This document shows, piece after piece, positions 9,961-19,307 of a stretch of DNA of 45,226 bases. The notes under the pieces are model-generated. The model saw nothing but the letters and a program-made list of their open reading frames with translations. It did no database searches and was not told the DNA's origin. Origin of the DNA: an uncultured Dechloromonas sp. (GTDB lineage: Bacteria > Pseudomonadota > Gammaproteobacteria > Burkholderiales > Rhodocyclaceae). Location of the stretch: positions 1 through 45,226 of the forward strand of contig CAXYZX010000001.1 of NCBI GenBank assembly GCA_964293845.1, read 5' to 3'. The position numbers and the translations under genes were made by a program. Positions within the stretch are counted from its first letter, which is position 1. Each line of letters begins with the position of its first letter.

Positions 9961-10677
9961 ATGGATGACAGTGAACATCACGATTCAGAGCGCGCTACCT
10001 GTGCTGCCGATCTGACCCGTTTTCTGCGCGAGGCACGCGAGTATCGGACGGCGGCCGCCGCTGATCCGTTACGATCGACACGCCGTGATCGATTGCGGAC
10101 GTGGCAGGCTGCGCGTCTCGCCGAGACTCACGCCGACCTGCTGGCCAGTTCACGACACGGCGTTGCAGCGGCATTTTTCCTCTCCGAGCTCTACGGACCC
10201 AAGGATTTGAGCGAGCGCGATGCCGAAGTCGAAAAAATCTTGCCGCTGATGACCTCCATGCTGCCGGTTTCGGGCTTGCGCACCCTGTTGCTGGCTGTCG
10301 AGGTGGACGCCATTTCTGAGCGACTCGACGCGGCAATGGTTGAGGTGCTGGGCAAACGCCTTGACAAGGAAAATCTGTCAGCCGGGGACTACGCCGCAGC
10401 CTATCGCAAGGTGGGCCAGCGTAGCGTGCGTGAACTGCAAATCAAGCTGGTTGGAGAAACCGGTGAAGCGCTTGATGCCCTGTCGCGCAAAACCTTGGTG
10501 CGTGGTGCGCTCAAAATGATGCATGGTCCGGCGCAAATGGCCGGGCTGGGCGAGTTGCATGCCTTCCTGCAACGCGGTTTTGATGCCTTTCGCAGCTTGC
10601 GCGATGCCGATGAGTTCCTGGAGGCGATTGTAGGGCGGGAAACTGAGGTGATGCGGGCGTTATTTTCGGGCATTTGA
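9961..10677 (+). CDS. Conserved hypothetical protein (FFLEELY-motif family)
   Basis: AFFLSELYGPKD..RD motif; CATAAT 6 nt before the ATG and no obvious RBS (possibly leaderless). Confidence 0.7.
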   Translation: MDDSEHHDSERATCAADLTRFLREAREYRTAAAADPLRSTRRDRLRTWQAARLAETHADLLASSRHGVAAAFFLSELYGPKDLSERDAEVEKILPLMTSMLPVSGLRTLLLAVEVDAISERLDAAMVEVLGKRLDKENLSAGDYAAAYRKVGQRSVRELQIKLVGETGEALDALSRKTLVRGALKMMHGPAQMAGLGELHAFLQRGFDAFRSLRDADEFLEAIVGRETEVMRALFSGI

Positions 10678-10757
10678 TGGCCAATCAGGGTTTCGCAACC
10701 CAGGTGACGGCGCTATGATGTCGCTCCAATTCACTCTTCGCGGACGATTTCAGAATC

Positions 10758-11447
10758 ATGAGCAAGCTAGAAAGTTCTGTTGTATTCGGTACCGAAGATA
10801 TCCTGATGAGTCTTTGCAATTCGGTCACCAAGGTGCTGACCGTAGCAACGCAGAGCCAGATTCACTACTCCGGGATGGTTCAGCGCATCAACAAGACCTG
10901 CCTCAAGCCGGATATCGGTTGCTTCGTACTCTTCGATGGCGGTTTTTCCGGTCTGGTGGTCATTAACTTTTCGGCCCAGGCGGCGATGGAGATGTACGAA
11001 AGCTACATGCTGAGCATGGGAATGGCCAAAGGTGATCTGGCCAGCGCCCACACCGCTGATGAGGTGAGCAATGTCATGGGCGAACTGATGAATCAGATCG
11101 TTGGTGACTTCACCGGTAAGGTGGCTCGCGAGTTGCAAACCCACATTACCCAGAATCAGCCCAAAATGCTGGTTCTCAACAAGCAGGTCATGTTGAGTGT
11201 TGATACCAACCTCGAAAAACCTGAAGTGCGCCGCGTTACCTTCTATACCAGCCGCAACAATATTTTCTATCTGGAACTGGCCATCGACCGGATTGAGTTC
11301 ATCAAGCTCTTTGATTTCGAGCCGCAAGAGGCTCCTGATCCGGATGACTTGATTGATCAGGCTCATGCTCACGCTCAGTCGACGCAATTTGCGCCGCCAG
11401 CGCCTTCAGACGATAGCGACGATTTGCTGAAATCACTCGGTATGTGA
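10758..11447 (+). CDS. DUF3334 family protein (CheX/CheC-like)
   Basis: LKPDIGCFVLFDGGFSGLVVINF and GELMNQIVGDF (ExxN); acidic C-terminal tail. Confidence 0.7.
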   Translation: MSKLESSVVFGTEDILMSLCNSVTKVLTVATQSQIHYSGMVQRINKTCLKPDIGCFVLFDGGFSGLVVINFSAQAAMEMYESYMLSMGMAKGDLASAHTADEVSNVMGELMNQIVGDFTGKVARELQTHITQNQPKMLVLNKQVMLSVDTNLEKPEVRRVTFYTSRNNIFYLELAIDRIEFIKLFDFEPQEAPDPDDLIDQAHAHAQSTQFAPPAPSDDSDDLLKSLGM

Positions 11448-11469
11448 TCTGCCCAAAGCTGCTTCTTGA

Positions 11470-12183
11470 TCAGGAAGCAGCTTCTGCCTTCGCCAGCCAA
11501 ACGCAGCCGCCTTTGGTTTCCTTGTCGATGCTGGCCAGGACGCGGCCATGCTCAGTCATTTCACTCTCATCAGCACGACGGATAACGAGAGGCTTGCGTT
11601 CCTTACGTACACCGGCGCTGGTCAGCTTGGAAGGCGGCTGACTGTCGGGTTCTATCATCAGTGAGTTCTGGCCGCGCGTCATGGCGAGAAAGACTTCAGC
11701 CAATAGCTCGGTGTCGAGCAGGGCGCCGTGCAGTGTGCGCTGTGAATTATCGATTTCGTAGCGGTCGCACAGGGCATCGAGACTATTGCGTTTGCCGGGG
11801 TGCAACTCCTTGGCCATCTTCAGGGTGTCGATGACGCCGTTGCACAGTGTTTCAACCGGAACACGGTCAAGGCGGCGCAATTCGGCATTGAGAAAACCGA
11901 GGTCGAAGGGCGCGTTGTGGATGATCAGCTCGGCGCCGTTGATGAACTCAAGGAATTCGTCAGCCGCATCGGCAAATTTCGGCTTGTCGGCGAGAAATTC
12001 CAGCGTAATACCGTGCACAGCAGCGGCACCGGCATCAATTTCGCGTTCAGGATTGAAATATTTGTGCAGGTGATGCCCGGTTGGCCGGCGATTGACCATC
12101 TCGATGCAGGCTACTTCGATGATGCGGTGTCCCTGGCGCGGGTCAAGGCCAGTGGTTTCGGTGTCGAGTACGATCTGTCGCAT
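11470..12183 (-). CDS. dnaQ: DNA polymerase III subunit epsilon
   Basis: LDTETTG (ExoI), HNAPFD (ExoII), HGALLD (ExoIII). Confidence 0.97.
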   Translation of the reverse strand: MRQIVLDTETTGLDPRQGHRIIEVACIEMVNRRPTGHHLHKYFNPEREIDAGAAAVHGITLEFLADKPKFADAADEFLEFINGAELIIHNAPFDLGFLNAELRRLDRVPVETLCNGVIDTLKMAKELHPGKRNSLDALCDRYEIDNSQRTLHGALLDTELLAEVFLAMTRGQNSLMIEPDSQPPSKLTSAGVRKERKPLVIRRADESEMTEHGRVLASIDKETKGGCVWLAKAEAAS

Positions 12184-12192
12184 GCGGTTTCC

Positions 12193-12639
12193 TTAATTCT
12201 TCAATTCATCGATGCCGCGATTGGCGAGTGCATCGGCCCGTTCGTTTTCCGGGTGGCCGCTATGGCCCTTGACCCAGACCCAGATCAGTTTGTGTTGTTT
12301 GACCTGGGTATCGAGCAGTTGCCAAAGGTCGGCATTCTTGACCGGCTTTTTGTCAGCGGTTTTCCAGCCGTTTCGTTTCCAGCCATGTATCCACTCGTTG
12401 ATGCCCTTGAGCACATATTGCGAGTCGGTGTATATCTTGCCGGCAACCGGGCGTTTGAGAGCCTCAATGGCGCGAATAGCGGCGGTGAGTTCCATGCGGT
12501 TGTTGGTGGTTTCCTTCTCGCCGCCCCACAATTCCTTCTCGCTTTGTCCGTGGCGCAGAATTGCCCCCCAGCCGCCAGGGCCCGGGTTGCCCTTGCAGGC
12601 GCCATCGGTAAATATTTCAACGCTTTCTTCAGCGGTCAT
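12193..12639 (-). CDS. rnhA: Ribonuclease HI
   Basis: [44 protein letters not shown]; start placed at MTAEE (12639). Confidence 0.97.
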   Translation of the reverse strand: MTAEESVEIFTDGACKGNPGPGGWGAILRHGQSEKELWGGEKETTNNRMELTAAIRAIEALKRPVAGKIYTDSQYVLKGINEWIHGWKRNGWKTADKKPVKNADLWQLLDTQVKQHKLIWVWVKGHSGHPENERADALANRGIDELKN

Positions 12640-13345
12640 TGCTTTCCTTTTGAGCGACGGGGCGTAGTGCCTTGGCGCCAACCGCCGCAGTTTTCCATTT
12701 TGGGGTAATAAGGCGCATGCCATGAACCCGCTTGATCGCGCGTAGCATATAAATGCCTCCGGGTAATCCCCACCAGCGGTCGCCGGCAGCTTCCATGAAA
12801 TGCCAGCGACGCAGCCATTGTTCCTGATTGCAGGGCGGTACGCAGCACGCGAAAGCGCTGTCGTCGACCGCAAAACCGAGCAATTTTAACCAATCCCGAA
12901 GCCGCATCAGTGAAATGTAGCTGCCGTTCCAGGGGAATTCACTGTGCCGACCCACGCGGCTTTTCAGACCCCAGAGCGAGATGGGGTTAAAACCGAGAAT
13001 AATGACCTGACCTTCGGGAATCAGGATACGTTCGATCTCGCGCAGGATTTGATGCGGTTCGTGATGAAACTCAAGTACGTGTGGCAGAACCACGAGGTCA
13101 GTGCTGTGGGCGGCGAAGGGCAGGGCATCGAGATCGCAAAGCACATCGACTGGCCCGGAGTCCCCCGCGCGTTGCCGTAGCGGAATACGGTTGGCGTGCA
13201 GGAAGTCGATTTGCGGCAGGCCGAGTTGTAGTGCATTAAAGCCGAAAACGTCAGAAACCGCGGCGTCCATCAGGGTCTGTTCGCAATCCAGAACGTAGCG
13301 CCCTTGGGCCGTGGTTAACCAGGCAGACAATCCCGGAATTGACAT
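12629..13345 (-). CDS. Class I SAM-dependent methyltransferase (YafS-like)
   Basis: [15 protein letters not shown]...[25 protein letters not shown]; conserved position between gloB and rnhA. Confidence 0.88.
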   Translation of the reverse strand: MSIPGLSAWLTTAQGRYVLDCEQTLMDAAVSDVFGFNALQLGLPQIDFLHANRIPLRQRAGDSGPVDVLCDLDALPFAAHSTDLVVLPHVLEFHHEPHQILREIERILIPEGQVIILGFNPISLWGLKSRVGRHSEFPWNGSYISLMRLRDWLKLLGFAVDDSAFACCVPPCNQEQWLRRWHFMEAAGDRWWGLPGGIYMLRAIKRVHGMRLITPKWKTAAVGAKALRPVAQKESNDR

Positions 13346-13373
13346 CCGGCGATTCTGGCTCGATAGTTCGGGG

Positions 13374-14132
13374 ATGTTTGAAAAAATCTTGCCCATTCCT
13401 GCGTTCAAGGATAACTATATTTGGCTGTTGGTCAGCGATGGCCGTGCTGCCGTGGTTGACCCCGGTGACCCGTTACCGGTAACAGAACGGCTTGAGGCAC
13501 TCGGCTTACGTCTGGAAACCATCCTGATTACTCATCATCATGCCGATCACCAAGGGGGCGTTGCGGCACTGGTGGAGCGCTGGCAAGCCGAGGTTTACGG
13601 GCCGGGGAATGAGTCTATCACAGGCTGCAACCGGCCATTGCTTGGTGGCGAAACGATCTCTGTGCTTGGTCAGCAAGTTAGCGTGTTGGCCGTGCCCGGA
13701 CATACCCTGGGACATTTGGCTTACTACGTACCGGGCGCACTTTTTTGTGGTGATACGCTATTTGGTGCTGGGTGTGGACGCTTGTTTGAGGGGACGCCGG
13801 CCCAGATGAGTGCTTCGTTGGACAAGATTGCTGCGCTACCCGACGACACAAAAATTTATTGTGCACATGAGTATACCGAGGCCAACCTGCGTTTTGCGCT
13901 GGCCGTTGAGCCTCAAAATCCTGCCTTGCTGGATCGAGTGCAACGGGTTGCTGCATTGCGGGCAGCGGAATGGCCCAGTGTTCCTTCGACCCTGAACGAG
14001 GAAAAGGCGAGCAATCCATTTTTGCGCTGTGCGCAGATAGAGGTTATTCAAGCGGCGGAAGAACATGGTGCGGTCGACCAGTCGCCGGTCGCTGTTTTTT
14101 CTGCCATCAGGCAGTGGCGAAACGGGTTTTGA
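13374..14132 (+). CDS. gloB: Hydroxyacylglutathione hydrolase (glyoxalase II)
   Basis: THHHADHQGG, PGHTLGH, GDTLFGAGCGR, CAHEYT, NPFLR. Confidence 0.95.
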   Translation: MFEKILPIPAFKDNYIWLLVSDGRAAVVDPGDPLPVTERLEALGLRLETILITHHHADHQGGVAALVERWQAEVYGPGNESITGCNRPLLGGETISVLGQQVSVLAVPGHTLGHLAYYVPGALFCGDTLFGAGCGRLFEGTPAQMSASLDKIAALPDDTKIYCAHEYTEANLRFALAVEPQNPALLDRVQRVAALRAAEWPSVPSTLNEEKASNPFLRCAQIEVIQAAEEHGAVDQSPVAVFSAIRQWRNGF

Positions 14133-14138
14133 GCTGGC

Positions 14139-14528
14139 TTACTTTGCCCTTTTGCGGGCGACGATACGAGCCAGGGTGTCGAGCACCTTGGCTGCGTTGA
14201 ACGGCTTGACGATATAGCCGCTGGCACCATTCTGAATGGCGCCCTGAACCGTTTCCGGGTCGGAACTGCTGGTGATCATGATGACCTCAATGCCGGGGTT
14301 GGCTGCCTTGATTTCACAGAGCGCCTGAATGCCATCCTTTTCCGGCATCATGACATCAAGACAGATGACATCAGGTTTCAGGCGTTCAGCGATGTCGACC
14401 GCAACAACGCCATTGCGGCCTTCGCCTATCACTTCGTACTCCTCACCACGCAACATGCCTCGCAGAATGCCGCGCATCATATCGTTGTCGTCCACAATGA
14501 CTACGGTGCTGCGTTTGATCATGTTCAT
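14139..14528 (-). CDS. Single-domain response regulator (CheY-like)
   Basis: IVDD, CLDVMMP (phospho-Asp), MITS and IVKPF all intact. Confidence 0.9.
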   Translation of the reverse strand: MNMIKRSTVVIVDDNDMMRGILRGMLRGEEYEVIGEGRNGVVAVDIAERLKPDVICLDVMMPEKDGIQALCEIKAANPGIEVIMITSSSDPETVQGAIQNGASGYIVKPFNAAKVLDTLARIVARKRAK

Positions 14529-15475
14529 GAATCCAGTTGGGCATCGTGGCGGCAGACGAGATTCCGTCCGGCGTGTTTGGCGCGGTAAAGGGCGCGATCA
14601 GCCGCCTCAATCAAAGTTTGCGAAGTGTTGTCATCTCCTGCTGAGAGCGCGGCAATGCCAATGCTTAGCGTGACAAGGCGATGCAATGAGCCGGCATGGG
14701 GAAGGTTCAGTGCATGAATCGCCTGCCTCAGTTTTTCGGCAACGATATGGGCGCCTTCAATTGGTGTATCCGGTAGCAGAACGACGAACTCTTCGCCGCC
14801 GTAACGGGCTGCCAGATCGGCGGCACGTTCCATGCTGTCTCTGATCTTGCGTGCTACCTGGCGCAGGCAGTCATCGCCGGCCTGGTGGCCATAGGTGTCG
14901 TTATAGGCCTTGAAGTGATCAATATCGCACATGAGGATGGCAATTTCGCCCGACCCGCGCCGCGCGCGTCGCCATTCACGAGAGAGATGTTCATCAAAAA
15001 ATCGGCGGTTGGCGATACCGGTCAAGCCATCGCTGGCTGAAAGACGCTTTAGTTCCTGATTGGCGGTATCCAGTTCGCGGGCAAGTACAACCAGCGAAGT
15101 ACGCATTTGAATGATGCGCTGCATGGCGCGTATCTTGGCGCTCAGGACTGCTTCACTGACTGGTTTGTAGAGATAGTCATCGCCGCCGGCAGCAATACCT
15201 TTTTCCAGATCCTTGTCGGAAGCCATGCCAGACAAAAAGATGATTGGTGTCCAAGCACCCGGTTTTTCAAGGGCACGCATCTGGCGTGCTACAGAAAAAC
15301 CATCGACATCTGGTAGCCAGGCATTGAGTAGTACCATATCAGGCTGTTCGTTACGGAAGGCCGTAATCGCCAGTTCGCCATTGTCTGCGGCAATCGGTTG
15401 TGCCCCTAAGCGCTCGACGTATTTGCTGGTGATCAGCAAGGTAGCGGAAGCGTCTTCGACAATCAGTATCTTCAT
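14525..15475 (-). CDS. REC-GGDEF diguanylate cyclase with atypical receiver
   Basis: DGLTGIANRR, DIDHFK.YND.YGH, RAAD I-site, RYGGEEF; phosphoacceptor position is Asn (VLLNAW). Confidence 0.92.
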   Translation of the reverse strand: MKILIVEDASATLLITSKYVERLGAQPIAADNGELAITAFRNEQPDMVLLNAWLPDVDGFSVARQMRALEKPGAWTPIIFLSGMASDKDLEKGIAAGGDDYLYKPVSEAVLSAKIRAMQRIIQMRTSLVVLARELDTANQELKRLSASDGLTGIANRRFFDEHLSREWRRARRGSGEIAILMCDIDHFKAYNDTYGHQAGDDCLRQVARKIRDSMERAADLAARYGGEEFVVLLPDTPIEGAHIVAEKLRQAIHALNLPHAGSLHRLVTLSIGIAALSAGDDNTSQTLIEAADRALYRAKHAGRNLVCRHDAQLDS

Positions 15476-15488
15476 TACGACAAATCGG

Positions 15489-15887
15489 TCAGCGACAATT
15501 CATGTTGAAGAAAACCAGTCCACCGATCGCTATCGAGACAGCAAAAGCACCCCAGCCAAGGCCGTGTTTTAATGATTTTTGCATTTCATGTTTATGGTTG
15601 CGGCTACTGAAATGGAAGTAGCGCTGGACTTCGCCAAGTGTTACAGCGGCGGAAAAGAGAAAAAATATCATGCCGCAAAACAGGAAGATGATCGGTCCGT
15701 TGGTCATTTCACGACAGGCCGCCATCGAGTACTTGAGATGACGCAAAACTGAGTCAGTTTGAACCGCAAAATGAAAAACGGCGTAGGCCATTAGTGCGAA
15801 AGCGGTGATCATGCCAATGACCACCCAAGTGGCGCCGTGTTTTAATGCGGCTAGGGCGCTAAGAATATCGTCGAGTATCCATTTCAT
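15489..15887 (-). CDS. Hypothetical membrane protein (~3 TM segments)
   Basis: 132-aa ORF with three hydrophobic stretches, 13 nt upstream of the cyclase gene on the same strand. Confidence 0.65.
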   Translation of the reverse strand: MKWILDDILSALAALKHGATWVVIGMITAFALMAYAVFHFAVQTDSVLRHLKYSMAACREMTNGPIIFLFCGMIFFLFSAAVTLGEVQRYFHFSSRNHKHEMQKSLKHGLGWGAFAVSIAIGGLVFFNMNCR

Positions 15888-15959
15888 GAGTTTTTACCGT
15901 TTTGCAGGGGTGTCGGTGTGTTAAATTCGCCACCAATCCTATAAAAGCGGTAGGTTATC

Positions 15960-18900
15960 ATGGCCGAACACGATACTCACAACTCTACAACAGCCGCCAA
16001 ACCCTCTTTCTCCATCAAGTCATCACGGTTTCGTCGTTTCGCGCAGTGGGCGGTGGGGTTTGTTTTGGTGATTGCGCTTCTTGGCTTCTTTGCCGCGCCC
16101 CCGCTGGTTAAATCGATCCTGGTAAAGCAGTTATCCACGCAGTTGCATCGCGAGGTCAGTGTTGGCGAGATTGCCATCAACCCGTTTGCATTGACCGCCC
16201 AAATCAATGCTGTTTCGGTCAAAGTTGCTGGCGACAAAGAGGTTTTCGGTTTTGATGAGTTATTCGTCAATTTGTCAGCGCTGTCGATTGCCCAGGCGGC
16301 GCCGGTCGTTGATGAAATCCGTCTGCAGGGCTTACGCGTAGCAGTCGCTCGCCTGAACGATGGCAAGTACGATATTTCCGACCTGCTTGATGAGTGGATG
16401 AAGCCTTCCGAGCCTTCGCCGACGCCACGCTTCTCGATCAACAATATCCAGTTGCTGGGCGGCAAGGTGGTTTTTGACGATCAGCCGGTGGGCAAGGTAC
16501 ATACGGTGAGCGACATTAACCTGCGTTTACCGTTTGTCTCCAGCATGGCCTACAAGGCCGATGTGCAGGTGACACCGCATTTTTCGGCTATTTTTGGTGA
16601 TTCACCACTGGTTCTTGAGGGGCGTAGCAAGCCGTTTGCCGAGGGGCGCGAGAGTGAAATAAGCCTCGATATCGATCATTTTGATCTGGCGACGCTGCAA
16701 GCTTATCTACCCGCTTCAATACCCATTCGTTTGGTAAATGGTACGGTCGACAGCGAATTGAAGCTGATTTTTAAAGAGCTTTCTGACCAGCTTTTCTCGC
16801 TGACGATGGTCGGGGCCGCCCATCTTTCCGGCCTGAAGGTGACTGAGGCAGGCGGTGCGCCGCTGGTTGGCTGGAAGAAGCTGGATATCGATATCGAAAA
16901 CGCTGATCTGGTTAACCAACGCTTCGTGGTCAAAAGTATCGCCCTGGATGGCCTGGATGCAAGCCTTGCCGTAAATCGTCAGGGCGAGCTGAACCTGATT
17001 GCGCTAGGTGAAAAAATCTCAGGTGCATCGGCCAAGGACGAAGCCAGACCGGCATCAAAAACGGCAGCCAAAGCGCCGGAATGGTCACTGGGTGAATTTC
17101 GTCTGAGCAACGGTTTTTTGCGCTGGAAGGATGAGTCCAATCTCTCTTTGGTAGAGGGCGAGGTGCGTGACCTCAATGTCCAGGTTGGCCGTATAGAAGG
17201 CAAACTCATCGAGCCTATCGAGATCAGCGAAGTCTCGTATCAGGTTGATCTGGGTGAGCGTATGCGCGTCGAGCGCATGACGGTCAAGGGCATTCGGGTT
17301 GACCTGCATGGCCATCGTATTGAGATCGCCGATGTCGCCAACAGCGGAACCCGTGCCCGCTTGTTACGCAATAAAGAGGGAAAAATCGAATGGGTTAGTT
17401 CACCACTACTGAAAACGGCAAAAAAGGCCAAGGAAGAACTTTCCGATGCGCGCCCCTGGGTAGGTAGCGTCGGCAAACTGGCGGTGAACGATTTAAGCCT
17501 GCGTGTTGAGGATCAGACGACAACACCAACAGCGGTTCAGATGATTGATGGTTTCAATCTGACGGGCGAAAATCTTTCCAGCGAGGCTAACAAAAAGGGC
17601 ACGATAGCCCTGAAGACAAGGATTAACCAGAAGGGCAGCCTCAAGGTTGATGGCAGCGTGCAGGTCTATCCGCTGCAAGCCAATCTCAAGGTGGAAACCC
17701 AGACGATCCCAATCCTGCCCCTGGAACCTTACTTTTTTGATTACCTCAATATTGCCCTGACCCGTGGCCAGGTCTCGAGCAAGGGCGATGTCTTTGCCGA
17801 GATCGGCAAACAGGGGTTCAATGCCAGCTACAAAGGCTCGCTGACCTTGGGTGATCTGCTTACCGTAGACAAGGCCAACAAGTCGGATTTCCTCAAGTGG
17901 CGTTCGCTCTACTTTGGCGGCATTGATTTCCGCTTGCAGCCGATGGCGATCAATGTCGGGGAAATTGCGCTGACCGACTTTTTCTCGCGACTGGTGATCA
18001 ATCCTGACGGGCAACTCAACGTGGCCAGCATCATCAAGAAGCCCAAGGATGCACCGACCACGGAAGGAAAAGCGGTGGAAAAGCCGGTGCCGGCCACTGG
18101 CGAAAAAGCCGCGCCGCCACCGATCAAAATTGCCAAGATCACCTTGCAGAATGGCACGGTGAACTTCTCTGACTTGTTCGTCAAACCCAACTATTCAGTC
18201 AATGTCGCCAAACTGGGTGGCCGTGTTACCGGGCTTTCATCGGCGCCTGACACAGTTGCTGATATGGAATTGCGCGGCACTTACGCCAACACGGCACCAG
18301 TACAAATACTGGCCAAGCTCAACCCGCTGGCGGCCAAGGCTTTTCTCGATCTCAAGGCCGATATTACCGGTGTTGATCTGGTCGGTTTCTCGCCTTATTC
18401 AGGCAAATACGCCGGCTACAACATCGAGAAGGGCAAGCTTTCGCTCAGTGTCGCCTACAAGTTGGAAAACAAACAGCTAACTGCTGACAATCGTTTGTTC
18501 ATTGATCAATTCACCTTTGGTGAGAAGGTAGAAAGCCCGGATGCAACCACGCTGCCGGTAAATCTGGCGATTTCCCTGCTCAAGAATAACCGGGGAGAAA
18601 TTGAAGTGAATCTGCCGATTTCCGGTTCGTTCGATGATCCGCAATTCTCGGTGGGTGGTCTGGTCGTCAAGGTGATTGTCAATCTCTTCGTCAAGGCGGT
18701 GACCTCGCCGTTTGCGTTGCTCGGCTCGATGTTTGGCGGTGGCGAAGAATTGTCCAATGTCGAATTTGTGGCTGGGCGCGCCAGCTTGTCGGATGGCGCT
18801 GTTAAAAAATTGGAGTCATTGGCCAAGGCACTCAACGAACGAGCTTCACTGAAGCTTGAAATCACCGGTCGTGCTGATCCTGAAGCCGACAATGAGGGGA

Positions 18901-19301
18901 TCAAGCGTGTTGCCATTGAGCGCGCGGCCAAGGGTGAAAAACTCAAGGAAACGCTGAAGAAGGGTGGCGATGGTACGTCGCTGGACAGTATCGAATTTGC
19001 TCCCGGCGAATACCCGATTTATCTGCAGCGTGCCTACAAGGAAGCCAAGTTCCCGAAACCGCGTAACGTGGTCGGTTTTCAGAAGGATTTGCCGGTTGAG
19101 GAAATGGAAAAGCTGATGCTGACCAATCTGCCGGTGACACTGGAAGATGTGCGGGCTCTGGCGGCGAGCCGTGCTGAAGTAGTGCAGGGCTGGCTGGTCG
19201 AGCAGGGCAAGGTACCGCTGGAGCGGGTCTTCCTGCTGCCAGCAAAAACCGGGGCCGACGATAAAGGCAAGGCCAGCCGTGTCGATTTCTCACTCCGGTA
19301 A
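15960..19301 (+). CDS. DUF748 (AsmA-like) protein with C-terminal OmpA-like region
   Basis: N-terminal TM anchor, INPF.L, repeated beta-rich segments, FSPYSGKYAGY.IEKGKL, NLPISGS.DDPQFS, C-terminal LEITGRAD...LAASRAEVV. Confidence 0.8.
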   Translation: MAEHDTHNSTTAAKPSFSIKSSRFRRFAQWAVGFVLVIALLGFFAAPPLVKSILVKQLSTQLHREVSVGEIAINPFALTAQINAVSVKVAGDKEVFGFDELFVNLSALSIAQAAPVVDEIRLQGLRVAVARLNDGKYDISDLLDEWMKPSEPSPTPRFSINNIQLLGGKVVFDDQPVGKVHTVSDINLRLPFVSSMAYKADVQVTPHFSAIFGDSPLVLEGRSKPFAEGRESEISLDIDHFDLATLQAYLPASIPIRLVNGTVDSELKLIFKELSDQLFSLTMVGAAHLSGLKVTEAGGAPLVGWKKLDIDIENADLVNQRFVVKSIALDGLDASLAVNRQGELNLIALGEKISGASAKDEARPASKTAAKAPEWSLGEFRLSNGFLRWKDESNLSLVEGEVRDLNVQVGRIEGKLIEPIEISEVSYQVDLGERMRVERMTVKGIRVDLHGHRIEIADVANSGTRARLLRNKEGKIEWVSSPLLKTAKKAKEELSDARPWVGSVGKLAVNDLSLRVEDQTTTPTAVQMIDGFNLTGENLSSEANKKGTIALKTRINQKGSLKVDGSVQVYPLQANLKVETQTIPILPLEPYFFDYLNIALTRGQVSSKGDVFAEIGKQGFNASYKGSLTLGDLLTVDKANKSDFLKWRSLYFGGIDFRLQPMAINVGEIALTDFFSRLVINPDGQLNVASIIKKPKDAPTTEGKAVEKPVPATGEKAAPPPIKIAKITLQNGTVNFSDLFVKPNYSVNVAKLGGRVTGLSSAPDTVADMELRGTYANTAPVQILAKLNPLAAKAFLDLKADITGVDLVGFSPYSGKYAGYNIEKGKLSLSVAYKLENKQLTADNRLFIDQFTFGEKVESPDATTLPVNLAISLLKNNRGEIEVNLPISGSFDDPQFSVGGLVVKVIVNLFVKAVTSPFALLGSMFGGGEELSNVEFVAGRASLSDGAVKKLESLAKALNERASLKLEITGRADPEADNEGIKRVAIERAAKGEKLKETLKKGGDGTSLDSIEFAPGEYPIYLQRAYKEAKFPKPRNVVGFQKDLPVEEMEKLMLTNLPVTLEDVRALAASRAEVVQGWLVEQGKVPLERVFLLPAKTGADDKGKASRVDFSLR

Positions 19302-19307
19302 TCATCG

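Noticed and set aside
11800-12708. 302-aa plus-strand ORF
   Set aside because: Antisense to dnaQ and rnhA, with no motifs
12640-12873. Apparent 78-aa N-terminal extension of RNase HI
   Set aside because: Lies inside the methyltransferase gene in another frame; MTAEE gives a normal-length RnhA
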